DNA of 64,000 nt from an uncultured cyanobacterium (GTDB taxonomy: Bacteria; Cyanobacteriota; Cyanobacteriia; Phormidesmidales; Phormidesmidaceae), in NCBI GenBank assembly GCA_963793265.1, contig CAWBZI010000001.1, forward strand, positions 1,312,001 to 1,376,000, read 5' to 3'. The position numbers and the translations under genes are program-made. The stretch's first letter is position 1. Every line of letters starts with the position of its first letter. This document shows, piece after piece, positions 19,836 to 31,184 of the stretch. The notes under the pieces were generated by a model that ran no database searches, was not told the origin of the DNA, and saw only the letters and a program-made list of their open reading frames with translations.

Positions 19836-20648
19836 ATGCATTCAGATGCGACTCCCCTTCGCAGGCCAACCGTCACTGCCCGTAACTGGCTGTACGACAC
19901 GGCCTTGGGTATGGTTTCTACCACCAGCTTTCCGGCTATTATTGGCACCGCTGATGCCATGATGAAGTCGGCTAACGTGTTTTTGGTGGGCTACGAAAAG
20001 ACGGGCGGCGGGCACTGCACGGCGATTGTGCGCGGCGGCGTTGCAGACGTGCGGATGGCTGTGCATGCCGGAGAAGAGACAGCTAAGCAGTTTGGGCAGT
20101 TTGTATCGGCCACGATGATTCCGCGCCCGATGGCGAATTTAGAAGCGGTGCTGCCGATTAACACGCGGCTTGAGGCACTTGAGGGTGTGGGTAGTTCTAT
20201 GGGCGGCAGTGCCATTGGCCTGCTAGAAACCCGAGGCTTTCCGGCGATGGTAGGGGCGGCTGATGCAATGACGAAATCGGCTGAGGTGACGCTGCTTTCG
20301 CATGAGACGATTGGCGAAGGGCTGTGTACCATTATTATTCAAGGGTCGCTCTCTAACGTGGTGATTGCCGTTGAAGCCGGTATGAATGAGGCTGAGCGCA
20401 TTGGTGAGCTGAATTCGGTGATGGTGATTCCTAGACCTTTAGATGAGCTAGAGCGGAGCCTGCCGAAGACGAATGTAATTGAAGAAAAGCAGCCTGTGCG
20501 GTTGCCGCTGAAGCTAGAGGAGCGCACAGCAGAGGCGCAGCCTGAGCGTCAGAAGGAGTTGATTCCAGCGCGATCGCCCGAGTTCGAGCCCGCCAAAGAA
20601 AAAGAGCTGGCCATACCCATCAAAGAACTAGAAACCGAAGAACTGTAG
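19836..20648 (+). CDS. ccmO: Tandem-BMC shell protein CcmO
   Basis: Two BMC domains, directly after ccmN. Confidence 0.92.
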   Translation: MHSDATPLRRPTVTARNWLYDTALGMVSTTSFPAIIGTADAMMKSANVFLVGYEKTGGGHCTAIVRGGVADVRMAVHAGEETAKQFGQFVSATMIPRPMANLEAVLPINTRLEALEGVGSSMGGSAIGLLETRGFPAMVGAADAMTKSAEVTLLSHETIGEGLCTIIIQGSLSNVVIAVEAGMNEAERIGELNSVMVIPRPLDELERSLPKTNVIEEKQPVRLPLKLEERTAEAQPERQKELIPARSPEFEPAKEKELAIPIKELETEEL

Positions 20649-20650
20649 GT

Positions 20651-21583
20651 TTACTGACGCTCGATTAATTCGCCAACAAACGAATCTACACGTTCTGACA
20701 CCTGCTCAACTAAGGTCGGATCGCCCGCTGAGAACCATTCAATTCGAGGTTCTTTGCGAAACCAGGTGCGCTGGCGTTTGGCAAACTGGCAGGTATGCTG
20801 AATAATCTGCTCAATGGCAGCGTCTAAAGAATACTCTCCCGCTAGATGCTGCTGCATTTCGGCATAGCCTAGCGTCTTCAACAGGGGCAAATCTGGCCCG
20901 TATTTTTCGATTAAACCGGCTACTTCAGCAGCAAGCCCTGCTTCAATCATTTGGTGCGTTCGGGTGGTTATACACGATCGCAACACATCCACATCACAAG
21001 CAAGCCCTATATATAGGATCGGGTAGCGCGGCGGATTCTCTCCCTGCTGGCTCGAAATCGTTTGCCCCGTCACATAAAAAACTTCTAAGGCCCGCAGCGT
21101 ACGTACCTGATCGTTTTGATGAATGCGCTGGGTAGCTTCAGGATCTACCTGCTTTAGCAGCCTGTAGCTATAGGGCTGGCCCAGTGCGATGAATTGTGAC
21201 CGCAGCGCTGAATGGGGCGGCACACGTGGTATTTTAAGTCCCTTAGCAACGGCATTGATGTACAAACCCGTGCCGCCGACTAATAGCGGAGACTGCTCAC
21301 CTTTTTGATGAATTTGCGCGATCGCCCCCTGCGCCCGCTGCTGATAGTCCGCCACCGTCAGCACCTCAGTCGGCTCACAAATATCTACAAACCGATGAGG
21401 CACCGCCTGTAAATCCGCCGCTGGTGGCTTAGCCGTCCCAATATCAAACGCTCGATACACCTGCCGAGAATCCGCGCTAAGAATCACCGAAGGTCGCTGC
21501 TGTGCCAAAGCCATTGCTAAACCAGACTTGCCAGAAGCCGTCGGGCCAACAACGATAATCAAATGTGGTGAGTTATAGTACAA
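20651..21583 (-). CDS. miaA: tRNA dimethylallyltransferase
   Basis: GPTASGKS, DSRQVY..DIGTAKP, VGGTGLY, FAKRQRTWF. Confidence 0.96.
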   Translation of the reverse strand: MYYNSPHLIIVVGPTASGKSGLAMALAQQRPSVILSADSRQVYRAFDIGTAKPPAADLQAVPHRFVDICEPTEVLTVADYQQRAQGAIAQIHQKGEQSPLLVGGTGLYINAVAKGLKIPRVPPHSALRSQFIALGQPYSYRLLKQVDPEATQRIHQNDQVRTLRALEVFYVTGQTISSQQGENPPRYPILYIGLACDVDVLRSCITTRTHQMIEAGLAAEVAGLIEKYGPDLPLLKTLGYAEMQQHLAGEYSLDAAIEQIIQHTCQFAKRQRTWFRKEPRIEWFSAGDPTLVEQVSERVDSFVGELIERQ

Positions 21584-21919
21584 GAGAACTAACTAGGCCA
21601 GATTGCGGCAAAAAAACAAATAATGCCCCTATTAATAATATAGAGGCGGTCTGCGACGTTATAGCAACGTCAAAATTAAGGCCATTTACAGCCCGCTACA
21701 TACGCAGTCTAAAAACAGGGTTGCAAACCCATTTTAATAAATGCGCTGAGACAGCTCTAAAATCGCTTTTAACGCCTTTGTGCTAGAATTTATAGGCTAA
21801 TATCATTTCCTCGCCTTAAAACGTCTCTCAAGCGCAATACAGAGTAGAGCATTATGAGCTGATAGATAGGCTGATAGAAAAGCCCCCTAAAGGTTAAAGA
21901 ACGAACCAGGAGAACACGT

Positions 21920-23863
21920 ATGGCGAATAACAATAACTACGGCGCACAGCAGATTCAGGTTCTAGAAGGACTTGAGCCCGTTCGTAAGCGTCCGGGTATG
22001 TACATCGGTAGCACCGGCCCACGCGGCCTGCACCATCTGGTGTACGAAGTTATTGATAATTCCGTCGATGAAGCACTAGCCGGTCACTGTAGTCACATCA
22101 CAGCCGCCCTCAACGCGGACGGGTCAGTTACCGTTACCGACGACGGACGAGGCATTCCAACTGACATTCACCCCACTACCGGCAAATCGGCTTTAGAAAC
22201 CGTCCTCACTGTCTTACACGCAGGCGGTAAGTTCGGCGGCGACAGCGGCTACAAAGTATCAGGCGGGCTGCACGGCGTAGGCGTTTCAGTCGTAAACGCG
22301 CTGTCTGAATGGGTAGAAGTCACCGTATGGCGCGAAGGCAAAGTTCACACCCAGCGCTTTGAGCAGGGTAACCCCATCGGCACCCTCAAAACCGAAAAAG
22401 GCAGCAGCAAAACGGGTACGCAGGTTGTCTTTAAGCCCGATGCCACCATCTTTACTCACACCGTAGAGTTTGACTACGACACCCTTGCCCGTAGGTTACG
22501 CGAGCTAGCCTACCTCAACGCAGGCGTAGACATTACCTTCACGGACTACCGCCTAGAGCTAATCAAAGCCAAGCAGCCGCGCGAGTCGCGCTTTTGCTAC
22601 GAAGGCGGCATCAAGGAATATGTAGAGTACATCAACGATGGCAAAGAGCCCCTGCACCCTGAAATTATCTACGTCAATTCTGATAAGAACGGCGTACAGG
22701 TAGAAGCCGCGCTGCAATGGTGTGGTGATGCCTTTTCAGACAATCTGCTGGGCTTTGCTAACAACATTCGCACTATCGATGGCGGTACGCACTTAGAAGG
22801 ACTTAAGACCGTACTCACTCGTACTCTGAACGTGTTTGCGCGTAAGCGTAAAAAGCGCAAAGATGGCGAGTCGAACATGGCGGGTGAAAACATCCGCGAA
22901 GGGCTTACAGCTGTGGTTTCGGTGAAGGTACCTGACCCTGAATTTGAGGGTCAAACTAAAACGAAGCTAGGCAATACCGAAGTACGCGGCATCGTCGATT
23001 CGCTAGTCGGTGAGGCGCTCACTGAATATTTAGACTTCAATCCCAACGTTGCTGATGCGATTTTGTCGAAGGCGATTCAGGCATTCAACGCGGCTGAGGC
23101 AGCGAAGAAAGCTCGTGACTTGGTTCGTCGTAAGTCTGTACTAGAGTCTTCGACTTTGCCCGGTAAGCTCTCAGACTGTAGCTCTCGCGACCCGTCTGAG
23201 TCTGAGATCTTCATCGTTGAGGGGGATTCTGCGGGCGGTAGTGCCAAGCAGGGGCGCGATCGCCGCTTCCAAGCCATCCTGCCGCTGCGAGGCAAAATTC
23301 TTAACATTGAGAAAACCGACGACTCCAAAATCTACAAAAACAACGAAGTCCAATCGCTAATTACGGCGCTAGGGCTCGGCATTAAAGGCGCTGAGTTCGA
23401 TCCGGCAAACCTCCGCTATCACCGCATCTGCCTGATGACAGACGCAGACGTAGACGGCTCGCACATTCGCACGCTGCTGCTGACCTTCTTCTACCGCTAT
23501 CAGCGCGATTTGGTAGACCAAGGCTACATCTACATCGCCTGCCCGCCGCTGTACAAGCTAGAGCGTGGCAAAAACCACACCTATTGCTACAGCGAACGTG
23601 AGCTAACCGATGGCATCGCCGCCCTACCTGAGAATGCAAAGTACAACGTACAGCGCTTTAAGGGCTTAGGTGAAATGATGCCGCAGCAGCTTTGGGATAC
23701 GACGATGAATCCTGAGTCGCGAACGCTGAAGCGGATTGAGATTGAAGATGCTGCTGAAGCCGATCGGATCTTTACGGTGCTGATGGGCGATCGCGTCGCT
23801 CCCCGCCGCGAATTCATCGAAACCCATGGCCCTCGCCTCAACATGACTGACTTGGACATCTAG
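21920..23863 (+). CDS. gyrB: DNA gyrase subunit B
   Basis: [34 protein letters not shown]; no intein. Confidence 0.98.
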   Translation: MANNNNYGAQQIQVLEGLEPVRKRPGMYIGSTGPRGLHHLVYEVIDNSVDEALAGHCSHITAALNADGSVTVTDDGRGIPTDIHPTTGKSALETVLTVLHAGGKFGGDSGYKVSGGLHGVGVSVVNALSEWVEVTVWREGKVHTQRFEQGNPIGTLKTEKGSSKTGTQVVFKPDATIFTHTVEFDYDTLARRLRELAYLNAGVDITFTDYRLELIKAKQPRESRFCYEGGIKEYVEYINDGKEPLHPEIIYVNSDKNGVQVEAALQWCGDAFSDNLLGFANNIRTIDGGTHLEGLKTVLTRTLNVFARKRKKRKDGESNMAGENIREGLTAVVSVKVPDPEFEGQTKTKLGNTEVRGIVDSLVGEALTEYLDFNPNVADAILSKAIQAFNAAEAAKKARDLVRRKSVLESSTLPGKLSDCSSRDPSESEIFIVEGDSAGGSAKQGRDRRFQAILPLRGKILNIEKTDDSKIYKNNEVQSLITALGLGIKGAEFDPANLRYHRICLMTDADVDGSHIRTLLLTFFYRYQRDLVDQGYIYIACPPLYKLERGKNHTYCYSERELTDGIAALPENAKYNVQRFKGLGEMMPQQLWDTTMNPESRTLKRIEIEDAAEADRIFTVLMGDRVAPRREFIETHGPRLNMTDLDI

Positions 23864-23899
23864 ATTGAACCTGTCAGGACAGTCTTTCTGAGAAAAAGC

Positions 23900-23931
23900 A
23901 GCCCTCTGATACAAAAGTTCAGAGGGTTTTT
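23900..23931 (+). terminator. Intrinsic terminator after gyrB
   Basis: AGCCCTCTGA-loop-TCAGAGGGTTTTT. Confidence 0.7.
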
Positions 23932-24111
23932 CATGCCAAGACCTTCAATTCTTAAAACGCGCCTTGTAATAAACTCTCAACGTGAAATAATGTTGCGAAA
24001 TCTTTCTTAGGGTAGAGTCTCCGCCTTAAGATTTAAGTTCAGAACGCATAGTCACCAGACACGCAATTATTTTAGATATACCGTTCAGACACATTCTCCC
24101 CCTAAGAAAAC

Positions 24112-24828
24112 ATGAGCAACAATTTAGCGACCCAGCTCCGTGAGGGTACAAAAAAGGCCCACACTATGGCCGAAAACGTCGGGTTTGTTCGATGCTTTTT
24201 GCGGGGTGTCGTCGAGAAAAAGTCTTACCGTAAGCTCGTCGGCAACTTTTACTTCATCTATTGCGCCATGGAAGAAGAGCTAGAGAAGCACAAGGATCAC
24301 CCAGTTGTTTCTAAGGTGTACTTTCCTGAGCTAAACCGTAAAAAGAGCCTTGAAGAAGATCTTGCCTTTTACTACGGCGCTAATTGGAAAGACCAGATCG
24401 TACTCTCTCCCGCTGGTAAAAAGTACGTTGCCCGCATTCGCGAAATCTCAGAGACTCAGCCCGAGCTGCTAATCGGCCATTCCTACACTCGCTACCTGGG
24501 CGATCTCTCCGGTGGTCAAATTCTTAAGGGCATTTCTCAACGTGCAATGAACCTCACAGGTAGCGATGGCGTTTCCTTCTATGAGTTTCCAACGATTGAA
24601 GATGAAAAAGCCTTCAAGAACGAATATCGTGCTTCTTTGAGTGAAGCCCCTGTCGATGATGCTATGGCGGACGCCATTGTTGAAGAGGCGAACGATGCTT
24701 TTGGTATCAACATGGAGCTATTCCAAGAGCTAGAAGGTAACTTGATTAAGGCTGTCGGCGTGATGCTATACAACAGCCTGATCGGCGGTCGTCGTCGCGG
24801 TAGCACTGAGCTAGCCACCGAAGGTTAA
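24112..24828 (+). CDS. ho1: Heme oxygenase (biliverdin-producing)
   Basis: LREGTKKAHTMAENVGF, HSYTRYLGDLSGGQIL. Confidence 0.93.
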   Translation: MSNNLATQLREGTKKAHTMAENVGFVRCFLRGVVEKKSYRKLVGNFYFIYCAMEEELEKHKDHPVVSKVYFPELNRKKSLEEDLAFYYGANWKDQIVLSPAGKKYVARIREISETQPELLIGHSYTRYLGDLSGGQILKGISQRAMNLTGSDGVSFYEFPTIEDEKAFKNEYRASLSEAPVDDAMADAIVEEANDAFGINMELFQELEGNLIKAVGVMLYNSLIGGRRRGSTELATEG

Positions 24829-24883
24829 AATCGATTCTGACTATTCGCCTTACAAACACGACGATAGTAACTAGCTAACGAAG

Positions 24884-24915
24884 AAAGGATTGTTCTATAA
24901 GAGCAGTCCTTTTTT
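24884..24915 (+). terminator. Intrinsic terminator after ho1
   Basis: AAAGGATTGTTCT-ATA-AGAGCAGTCCTTTTTT. Confidence 0.7.
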
Positions 24916-25109
24916 GTTTTGTTTAGCAGGTGTGATCAGTAGATATAATTCTAAAGATAGAGAAACTTGCAGACGTTATTCTCTATAAGCAAGAGAGCAG
25001 CTTGTTTACATCTTTATTACTTTGTTCCTTTGACTGCTGGTACCTGATCTCTTCACAACAATCTAAGAAGACAAAAAACAACAAGTACACAGAGAAAAAA
25101 GCATCATCC

Positions 25110-25652
25110 ATGGTAAAAATCGTAGGCATCGGCGGTAGCTTAAGAACAGACTCTTACAGTATGCAAGCGTTATACATCGCTGCTGAACGCGCTAAAGACC
25201 TTGGCGCGGAAGTACAGGTTCTTGACTTAAAAGAGATGAACTTGCCCTTCTGTGATGGCGGCAGCGACTATCCCGACTACCCTGACGTAGAGGTCATGCG
25301 AAAGGCCGTCACCGAAGCAGACGGCCTTATCATCGCTACGCCCGAATACCATGGCAGCGTCAGCGGCGTGATTAAAAACGCCTTAGACCTGATGAGCTTT
25401 GAGCACTTAGACGGCAAAGTAGCAGGCGCAATCAGCGTCCTTGGCGGCCAGCCTAACAGCAATGCCCTCAACGATATGCGCGTCATTCTACGCTGGGTTC
25501 ACGCCTGGGTCATCCCTGAACAAATTGCCATCGGTCAAGCTTGGAACGCCTTTGATAAAGCAGGTAAGCTCAAAGATGAAAAGCTCTCAGATAGATTCGA
25601 TGCGTTTGCCAAAAGCCTGGTAGAGAATACAGAAAAGCTAAGCAGCCCATAG
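25110..25652 (+). CDS. NADPH-dependent FMN reductase
   Basis: GIGGSLR, TPEYHGSVSGVIKNALD; start placed at ATG 25110. Confidence 0.9.
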   Translation: MVKIVGIGGSLRTDSYSMQALYIAAERAKDLGAEVQVLDLKEMNLPFCDGGSDYPDYPDVEVMRKAVTEADGLIIATPEYHGSVSGVIKNALDLMSFEHLDGKVAGAISVLGGQPNSNALNDMRVILRWVHAWVIPEQIAIGQAWNAFDKAGKLKDEKLSDRFDAFAKSLVENTEKLSSP

Positions 25653-25671
25653 ATCCATCAAAAGCAGTCAC

Positions 25672-27006
25672 TTAGCCTGTTAGCAAGTCTTCTTCGGGGA
25701 AGTGAATGGCGCTGGGGCTCGGGTCGCCTAGTAAGGCCGACATGAGCAGCAGAATGCCGACGCGGCCTATGTACATTGTAATGATGATGAACAGTTGGCC
25801 CATTACAGATAAGTCGGCGGTGATGCCAGTAGAAAGGCCCACGGTAGCAAAAGCAGAGACGGACTCGAATAAGATGCTGATGAAGGTTAGATCGGGGTCG
25901 CTGATAGAAATGCAGGTGGTGATGATGATGACGCTAAAGGCTGAAGCCACGACGACAGAAAGCGCCTTCAGCACTCTCGCTGGTGGAATCTGTCTTTGAT
26001 AGCAGTTGACTTCTTCTTTGCCTCTAAGGGCGGCGTAGGTGCTCATGATTAGAATGCGGACGGTGGTGGTTTTGATGCCGCCACCTGTACTGCCTGGACT
26101 CGCGCCGACAAACATTAGCGCGATCGCAACAAACAATGAACTTGTCTCCATCGCCCCAATATCAATTGAGTTAAACCCCGCCGTTCGCATCACCACCGAC
26201 TGAAAACCAGCAAACAGCAGTTGAATGCCAAAGCCTTTATTTGCGAGCGTTTCAGGATTGTCAAATTCAATCAGCAAAAAGGCAATCGTGCCTAGAATCA
26301 ACAAAACAATCGTGGTGCTAGTGACAATCTTGAAGTGCAAAGAGAATACGTTACGAGCCTTGCGAAGACGAACGCGATCGCGAACCCACATAAACCCCTC
26401 CATAATCACCTGATAGCCAATCCCGCCAATAATAATCAGCGCCGAAATTACCGCCATCGGCCAGGCGCTTTCGGCATAGCCCACTAAGCTATCAGAGAAA
26501 AGGCTAAAGCCCGCGTTGTTGAAAGCGCTAATGCTGTGGAAAACAGAAAGCCATAGCGATCGCCCAAAAGCAAAATCTTCAGTAAACGTCGGCATCAGCA
26601 AAAACGCCCCGGTCAGCTCGAACACCAGCACCATCGAGATAATTGAAATTAGCAGCGCTTTTACATTTGCCAGCTCAGAGGTTTCCATCGCCTGCTGAAT
26701 CGCCAAGCGATCCTTTAACCCTAACCTGCGGCCAATCAACAGCAGCAATAGCGTGGTGGCCGACATATAGCCGAGTCCACCAAGCTGGATTAAGGTGAGA
26801 ATCACGCCCTGTCCAAACGATGAAAAGTAAGTGCCCGTATCCACCACAATCAGACCCGTCACACATACTGCTGAAGTCGCTGTAAATAGAGCCGTTAGCG
26901 GACTATTCCAATCACCACTGGCCAGCGAAAACGGCAGCATCAATAGCAGCGTGCCGACCACAATCAGGGTCAAAAAGCCAATACAAATCGTTCTAGAAAC
27001 GGTCAT
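25672..27006 (-). CDS. ktrB: TrkH/KtrB (NtpJ) potassium uptake membrane protein
   Basis: FTATSAVCVTGL, SAFNNAGF, RTAGF, GSTGGGIK, SAFATVGLSTG. Confidence 0.9.
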   Translation of the reverse strand: MTVSRTICIGFLTLIVVGTLLLMLPFSLASGDWNSPLTALFTATSAVCVTGLIVVDTGTYFSSFGQGVILTLIQLGGLGYMSATTLLLLLIGRRLGLKDRLAIQQAMETSELANVKALLISIISMVLVFELTGAFLLMPTFTEDFAFGRSLWLSVFHSISAFNNAGFSLFSDSLVGYAESAWPMAVISALIIIGGIGYQVIMEGFMWVRDRVRLRKARNVFSLHFKIVTSTTIVLLILGTIAFLLIEFDNPETLANKGFGIQLLFAGFQSVVMRTAGFNSIDIGAMETSSLFVAIALMFVGASPGSTGGGIKTTTVRILIMSTYAALRGKEEVNCYQRQIPPARVLKALSVVVASAFSVIIITTCISISDPDLTFISILFESVSAFATVGLSTGITADLSVMGQLFIIITMYIGRVGILLLMSALLGDPSPSAIHFPEEDLLTG

Positions 27007-27162
27007 AGATATAAATCACGCTCACTGGAAGCTGTGTGAAAGTCGGGCGCTCGCAAGGCATAGCACATCCTTCCATTAAGACACCTTGCGCCGCAAGCCC
27101 TAAACGAAGGAGCCCTTTACACTAAAGCAAATCCAACTTATTTAAGGAACCGCCGCGCACGT

Positions 27163-28050
27163 ATGGGCACCACTATCACCGAAAAGATCCAGCAGTTCTA
27201 TGACGAGTCCTCGCTGCTGTGGGAGCGTACCTGGGGCGAGCACATGCACCACGGCTACTATGGCGATAGCGGTCAGCATCGCAAAGACCGCCGCCAGGCG
27301 CAAATTGATCTTATAGAGGAGCTGCTGGCTTGGGCAGGCGTCGGCAGCGCGCAAACGATTTTAGACGTGGGCTGCGGCATTGGCGGCAGTACGCTTTATT
27401 TGGCCGATCAGTTTAAAGCAAAGGCTGTTGGTATCACGCTAAGCCCTGTACAGGCTAATCGGGCGGGCGATCGCGCCAAAGAAAAAAACATTCCCCTACA
27501 GCCCTGGGAGAGCTTCACCGAAACAGACACGCCTGTCACCGTCGATTTTCAGGTGGTAGACGCCCTAACAACGCCTTTTCCAGACGATTACTTTGACTTT
27601 GTGTGGTCGATGGAAAGCGGTGAGCACATGCCGGATAAAGAAGCCTTTTTGGCAGAATGCTATCGGGTACTAAAGCCGGGCGGTCAGTTTTTGATGGCGA
27701 CCTGGTGCCACCGCGAAATTGATAACCTGGCCGGGCCGCTCACCGAAAGCGAACAAACGCATCTCGATCAGCTCTACCAGCTCTACCATCTGCCCTACGT
27801 AATTTCACTTTCTGGATATCGCGACTTAGCCGAGCAGGTCGGGTTTAGAAACATGACCACGGCGGACTGGTCGCAGCAGGTAGAATTCTTTTGGCAAGAC
27901 GTTGTGCGCTCGGCGCTAGATCCAAAGGTGATTGCCGGGATTTTTCAGGCAGGGACAGAAACGGTGAGAGGGACAGCAGCAATCGCCCTCATGACCACCG
28001 GCTATGATCGCGGTCTTATCCGCTACGGCCTACTACGCGCCTCAAAATAA
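27163..28050 (+). CDS. SAM-dependent methyltransferase, gamma-tocopherol methyltransferase-like
   Basis: WGEHMHHGYY, LDVGCGIGGS, WSMESGEHMPDK, ATWCHR. Confidence 0.85.
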   Translation: MGTTITEKIQQFYDESSLLWERTWGEHMHHGYYGDSGQHRKDRRQAQIDLIEELLAWAGVGSAQTILDVGCGIGGSTLYLADQFKAKAVGITLSPVQANRAGDRAKEKNIPLQPWESFTETDTPVTVDFQVVDALTTPFPDDYFDFVWSMESGEHMPDKEAFLAECYRVLKPGGQFLMATWCHREIDNLAGPLTESEQTHLDQLYQLYHLPYVISLSGYRDLAEQVGFRNMTTADWSQQVEFFWQDVVRSALDPKVIAGIFQAGTETVRGTAAIALMTTGYDRGLIRYGLLRASK

Positions 28051-28080
28051 GCCTCTCAACAGAGCTATGTAACAAAAGCA

Positions 28081-28112
28081 AAAAAAGCCCCCATATAAAA
28101 ATACGGGGGCTT
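28081..28112. terminator. Hairpin between convergent genes
   Basis: AAAAAAGCCCCC...GGGGGCTT. Confidence 0.6.
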
Positions 28113-28171
28113 GAAGAAAGTTCTACCTACTCAAACATCTGATTCATTGAGAGTGATGCCTAGGCGATCGC

Positions 28172-29452
28172 TTACTGTCCGGTCGTAGAAGAAGCGGAAC
28201 AGTCAAGCAAGCGTACCATCGCTGCTGCTGCATAGTTGCGTTGAGCAGGCGTATTAGGTGCAAAGTTACTCCCTGTCTCGTTCAGCGGCGTTGCCACACC
28301 ACAGTACTCAGACATATTAGAGATAACAGACTGAGCCCAGTGACCCTGCGTATCGTTAAACGCCTTACCCGCCTGGTTAGCTGCTAGCTGATTAGTGTTG
28401 TTTTTGTACTCAGCCGCGCGACGCATAATCGCCATTAGCTCAGCACGGGTAACCACTTGAGTTGGCTTGAACGTACCGTCCTGGTAGCCGGTGATAAGCC
28501 CCAAGTCTTTCGCCATTTCAATCTTGGTTGCACTCCAGCGGTTTGCAGGCACGTCAGGATAGGGATTGCCCGTAACCTGCGGACGCTCGGGCACGGTTAA
28601 ACCATCTAGCGCGATCGAGACGAGCTGCTCGCGGGTCAGCGAAGCGGTGGGACGGAAGGTATTGTCTTCAGCAAAACCAGAGACAAAGCCAAGCTGAACC
28701 GCACGGTTGATTTCATCGGCGTAGATATCGCCTTGAACATCAGGGAAGCGAGAAGGCGCAGGCGGCGTCACTACAACGGGAGGATTAGGATCAGTCGGCG
28801 GCTGAACGATCACCTCACCACCCGACTGCTCAACGAGCTGCGCAACGGTCAAATCGTTAGCCAGGTAGGTACGACCAGTCACTCTATCGTTGAATGTTTG
28901 GCGCGCTAGTCTCCAACCGTCATTTAGGAAAATCTTGGTGTAGCCGCTCGGAGAGATACCGTCTGTTTGACCGATAACGAAACGCTGAGAACCTCGTGGA
29001 GCAAAGGGCTGAGGCTTCGCATAAAGTACCAGTACGCCGTTTTCTTCTTCGAGAACGGGGTCGTACTTTACGTCGCGGCCCGCCGTACGGATCAAGTAGC
29101 CGTTAGTGTCGGTACTGCGACCACAGATACCTGAAAAGTCAGGGAGCTGAGCGAGCAAAGGCAATACGGTTGTAGGATTTGAGCCAACGGTGCTAAAGCA
29201 AAGAGGCTCTGCTCGCTTTTGCTCAATAATCATCAGGCCGTAGCGCTGGCGACCGCCGAGGCGGCTGGTGGGATTGGTCACCAAAACGTAAGGCGACTGG
29301 TCGGTTTCTTGTGCGCCAAAGGTAGAGGATTGAGCGACCTGAGTAGGGGTTGCAGCGGGGCTAGTTTGAGCGAAGGCGGCGGGCGTGTTGCTGGCGGTGA
29401 CGGCGATCGCAGCAGTTGCCAAAGCGGCAATAGTAAAACGGAACGATTTCAT
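28172..29452 (-). CDS. Secreted DUF3747-like plus SLH-domain protein
   Basis: Signal peptide ending AFA, DFSGICGRSTDTNGY, Pro-rich linker, three SLH repeats. Confidence 0.8.
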   Translation of the reverse strand: MKSFRFTIAALATAAIAVTASNTPAAFAQTSPAATPTQVAQSSTFGAQETDQSPYVLVTNPTSRLGGRQRYGLMIIEQKRAEPLCFSTVGSNPTTVLPLLAQLPDFSGICGRSTDTNGYLIRTAGRDVKYDPVLEEENGVLVLYAKPQPFAPRGSQRFVIGQTDGISPSGYTKIFLNDGWRLARQTFNDRVTGRTYLANDLTVAQLVEQSGGEVIVQPPTDPNPPVVVTPPAPSRFPDVQGDIYADEINRAVQLGFVSGFAEDNTFRPTASLTREQLVSIALDGLTVPERPQVTGNPYPDVPANRWSATKIEMAKDLGLITGYQDGTFKPTQVVTRAELMAIMRRAAEYKNNTNQLAANQAGKAFNDTQGHWAQSVISNMSEYCGVATPLNETGSNFAPNTPAQRNYAAAAMVRLLDCSASSTTGQ

Positions 29453-29873
29453 CTTTTGGAGTGTCCTGTGTAGTAGATTTCACGATATCGGGGGCAGCGT
29501 GAACGGGTTGCACCTGATATTCTTGGGATGTAATAGAACAGCCTGAAGTAAAACAGCCTGATCAAAACAGCCGAATCAAAACATTAATGTGTAGATTTCA
29601 CGAATATTTTGAGCTGTTTTAGCTTAGAGAGTTCCCGGAATTGTCCGTGAAGTTCGCTAAGTTACCTTAGAACAAGGTGGGGCTACATCCGTAGAATGCC
29701 TGTAAATTAGCTGTGTGAGAGCGATTTAAAGGGCCGGTTAATGTTCTGCTGATTAGAGGGGGCAACCTCTGTATGAGTTTGTGAGCGCTTTGCTAGTAGT
29801 TATCTAGTAGCCTTGCCACTCTCCCACGGTGTCTGACACCATATGAAAAAGTCGTTAGAGGTCGCCCCCCGTC

Positions 29874-30488
29874 ATGTATACAGAGATAATCGATTTAATT
29901 CGTAAGTGCGATCACAGAAGGGTCGCTTTCGCGTTCGGCACACTTGTGGTAGGGGTCATGGCCTTCAGCCCGCTGACGGTGAAAGGTGCTAGTGCCGCCG
30001 AAGATGAAGCGATTGAAAAGCTCATCAGAGACAACGCCTGCGTAGGTTGTGACCTGCACGAGGCCGACTTACGCAGGCTCGATTTGAGCGGTGCTGATCT
30101 TACCGGAGCCGACTTAGAAGGGGCTAACTTCTACTATGCCAATCTGGACGGTGCCCAGCTCACTGGTGCTAACCTGATCGATGTCAATTTGACCTACACC
30201 AGCGCTCGCGGCACCGCTTTTGATGGGTCTGATTTGCGCTATGCCATTTTTGATAGAACTGATTTAACAGGCGCGTCGCTAGCCGATACAGACTTGCGCG
30301 AGTCATATATCGACGGGGCTGACTTTACCTCAGCCATCCTTGATCGGGCCAATATGGCAGATACGTTCTTTCGAGATGCTGACTTTTCGGTGGCTGCTAG
30401 CCTGTGTGGGCTCATTACCTGGTCGGGTAGCGAATACCGCCGAGGCTGTTCGGTTGCTGTACCCGAGCAAATTGACGATAAGTTTTAA
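29874..30488 (+). CDS. Pentapeptide repeat protein
   Basis: CVGCDL followed by A(D/N)Lxx repeats; N-terminal hydrophobic segment. Confidence 0.9.
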   Translation: MYTEIIDLIRKCDHRRVAFAFGTLVVGVMAFSPLTVKGASAAEDEAIEKLIRDNACVGCDLHEADLRRLDLSGADLTGADLEGANFYYANLDGAQLTGANLIDVNLTYTSARGTAFDGSDLRYAIFDRTDLTGASLADTDLRESYIDGADFTSAILDRANMADTFFRDADFSVAASLCGLITWSGSEYRRGCSVAVPEQIDDKF

Positions 30489-30522
30489 GGCTTGATCAGC
30501 AAAGCAGCTAAAAGCAAATAGG

Positions 30523-30558
30523 AAGGCGGTGTCTACAAGCTTAGGCACCGCTTTTTTT
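30523..30558. terminator. Terminator between convergent genes
   Basis: AAGGCGGTGTCTA-loop-TAGGCACCGCTTTTTTT. Confidence 0.7.
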
Positions 30559-30580
30559 GGGTTATTTTTTAAAGAGTCGA

Positions 30581-31063
30581 TTAATGAAAGACAGCAACGG
30601 TTAGCTTTTGCGTGGCTTTGGTTTGGCTATTGGGTTCAGCAAGCGTGTTAGGCGTCTTAGAGGCTTGGGCGAGTGGCTGCTGAGCGATCGCCTCCTTTGA
30701 ACGCTTCATATGCCACCAGTTCTGTAGCTGCATCGAAAAATTCACCGTGTACAGCGTCATCACCACTGGCTTACTCCGATAGCTTTGCCCTACAATTTCC
30801 ACGCAATACGAAGGGTGTCTGCGGGTAGATAAATCAACCGTGAACCGTTTGCCAATCCGCCGCCAGCTTGGCTCTTTACTGCGCCATTGAATACGGCAGC
30901 AGGGCCAGGGCAACTGGTCGCGATCGTACAGGCGGCAGCAAGGCCCGATCACTCTATAGGTGAGGTGTGCGCCCGGACTCTCAAATACGTAGCCCGTAGG
31001 CCAGGGGTGAGGCGGCACAGCAGTGGTGGAATAGTAGGCTGACGGTTGAGAGCTAGCAGTCAT
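30581..31063 (-). CDS. Hypothetical protein
   Basis: 160-aa ORF with an ATG start and a Cys/Trp-rich core (GPCCRLYDRDQLPWPCCRIQW). Confidence 0.65.
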   Translation of the reverse strand: MTASSQPSAYYSTTAVPPHPWPTGYVFESPGAHLTYRVIGPCCRLYDRDQLPWPCCRIQWRSKEPSWRRIGKRFTVDLSTRRHPSYCVEIVGQSYRSKPVVMTLYTVNFSMQLQNWWHMKRSKEAIAQQPLAQASKTPNTLAEPNSQTKATQKLTVAVFH

Positions 31064-31184
31064 AGGAAAAAGCTAAGGAGCGACAGCGGTATGAGTGGTG
31101 GTAAGACAAGTCGCTATGATATAAGAGCGATAAAGTAGACATCAGCTACCGTGATATTTCGGCAGTGATGTTCCCAGAATTGTA

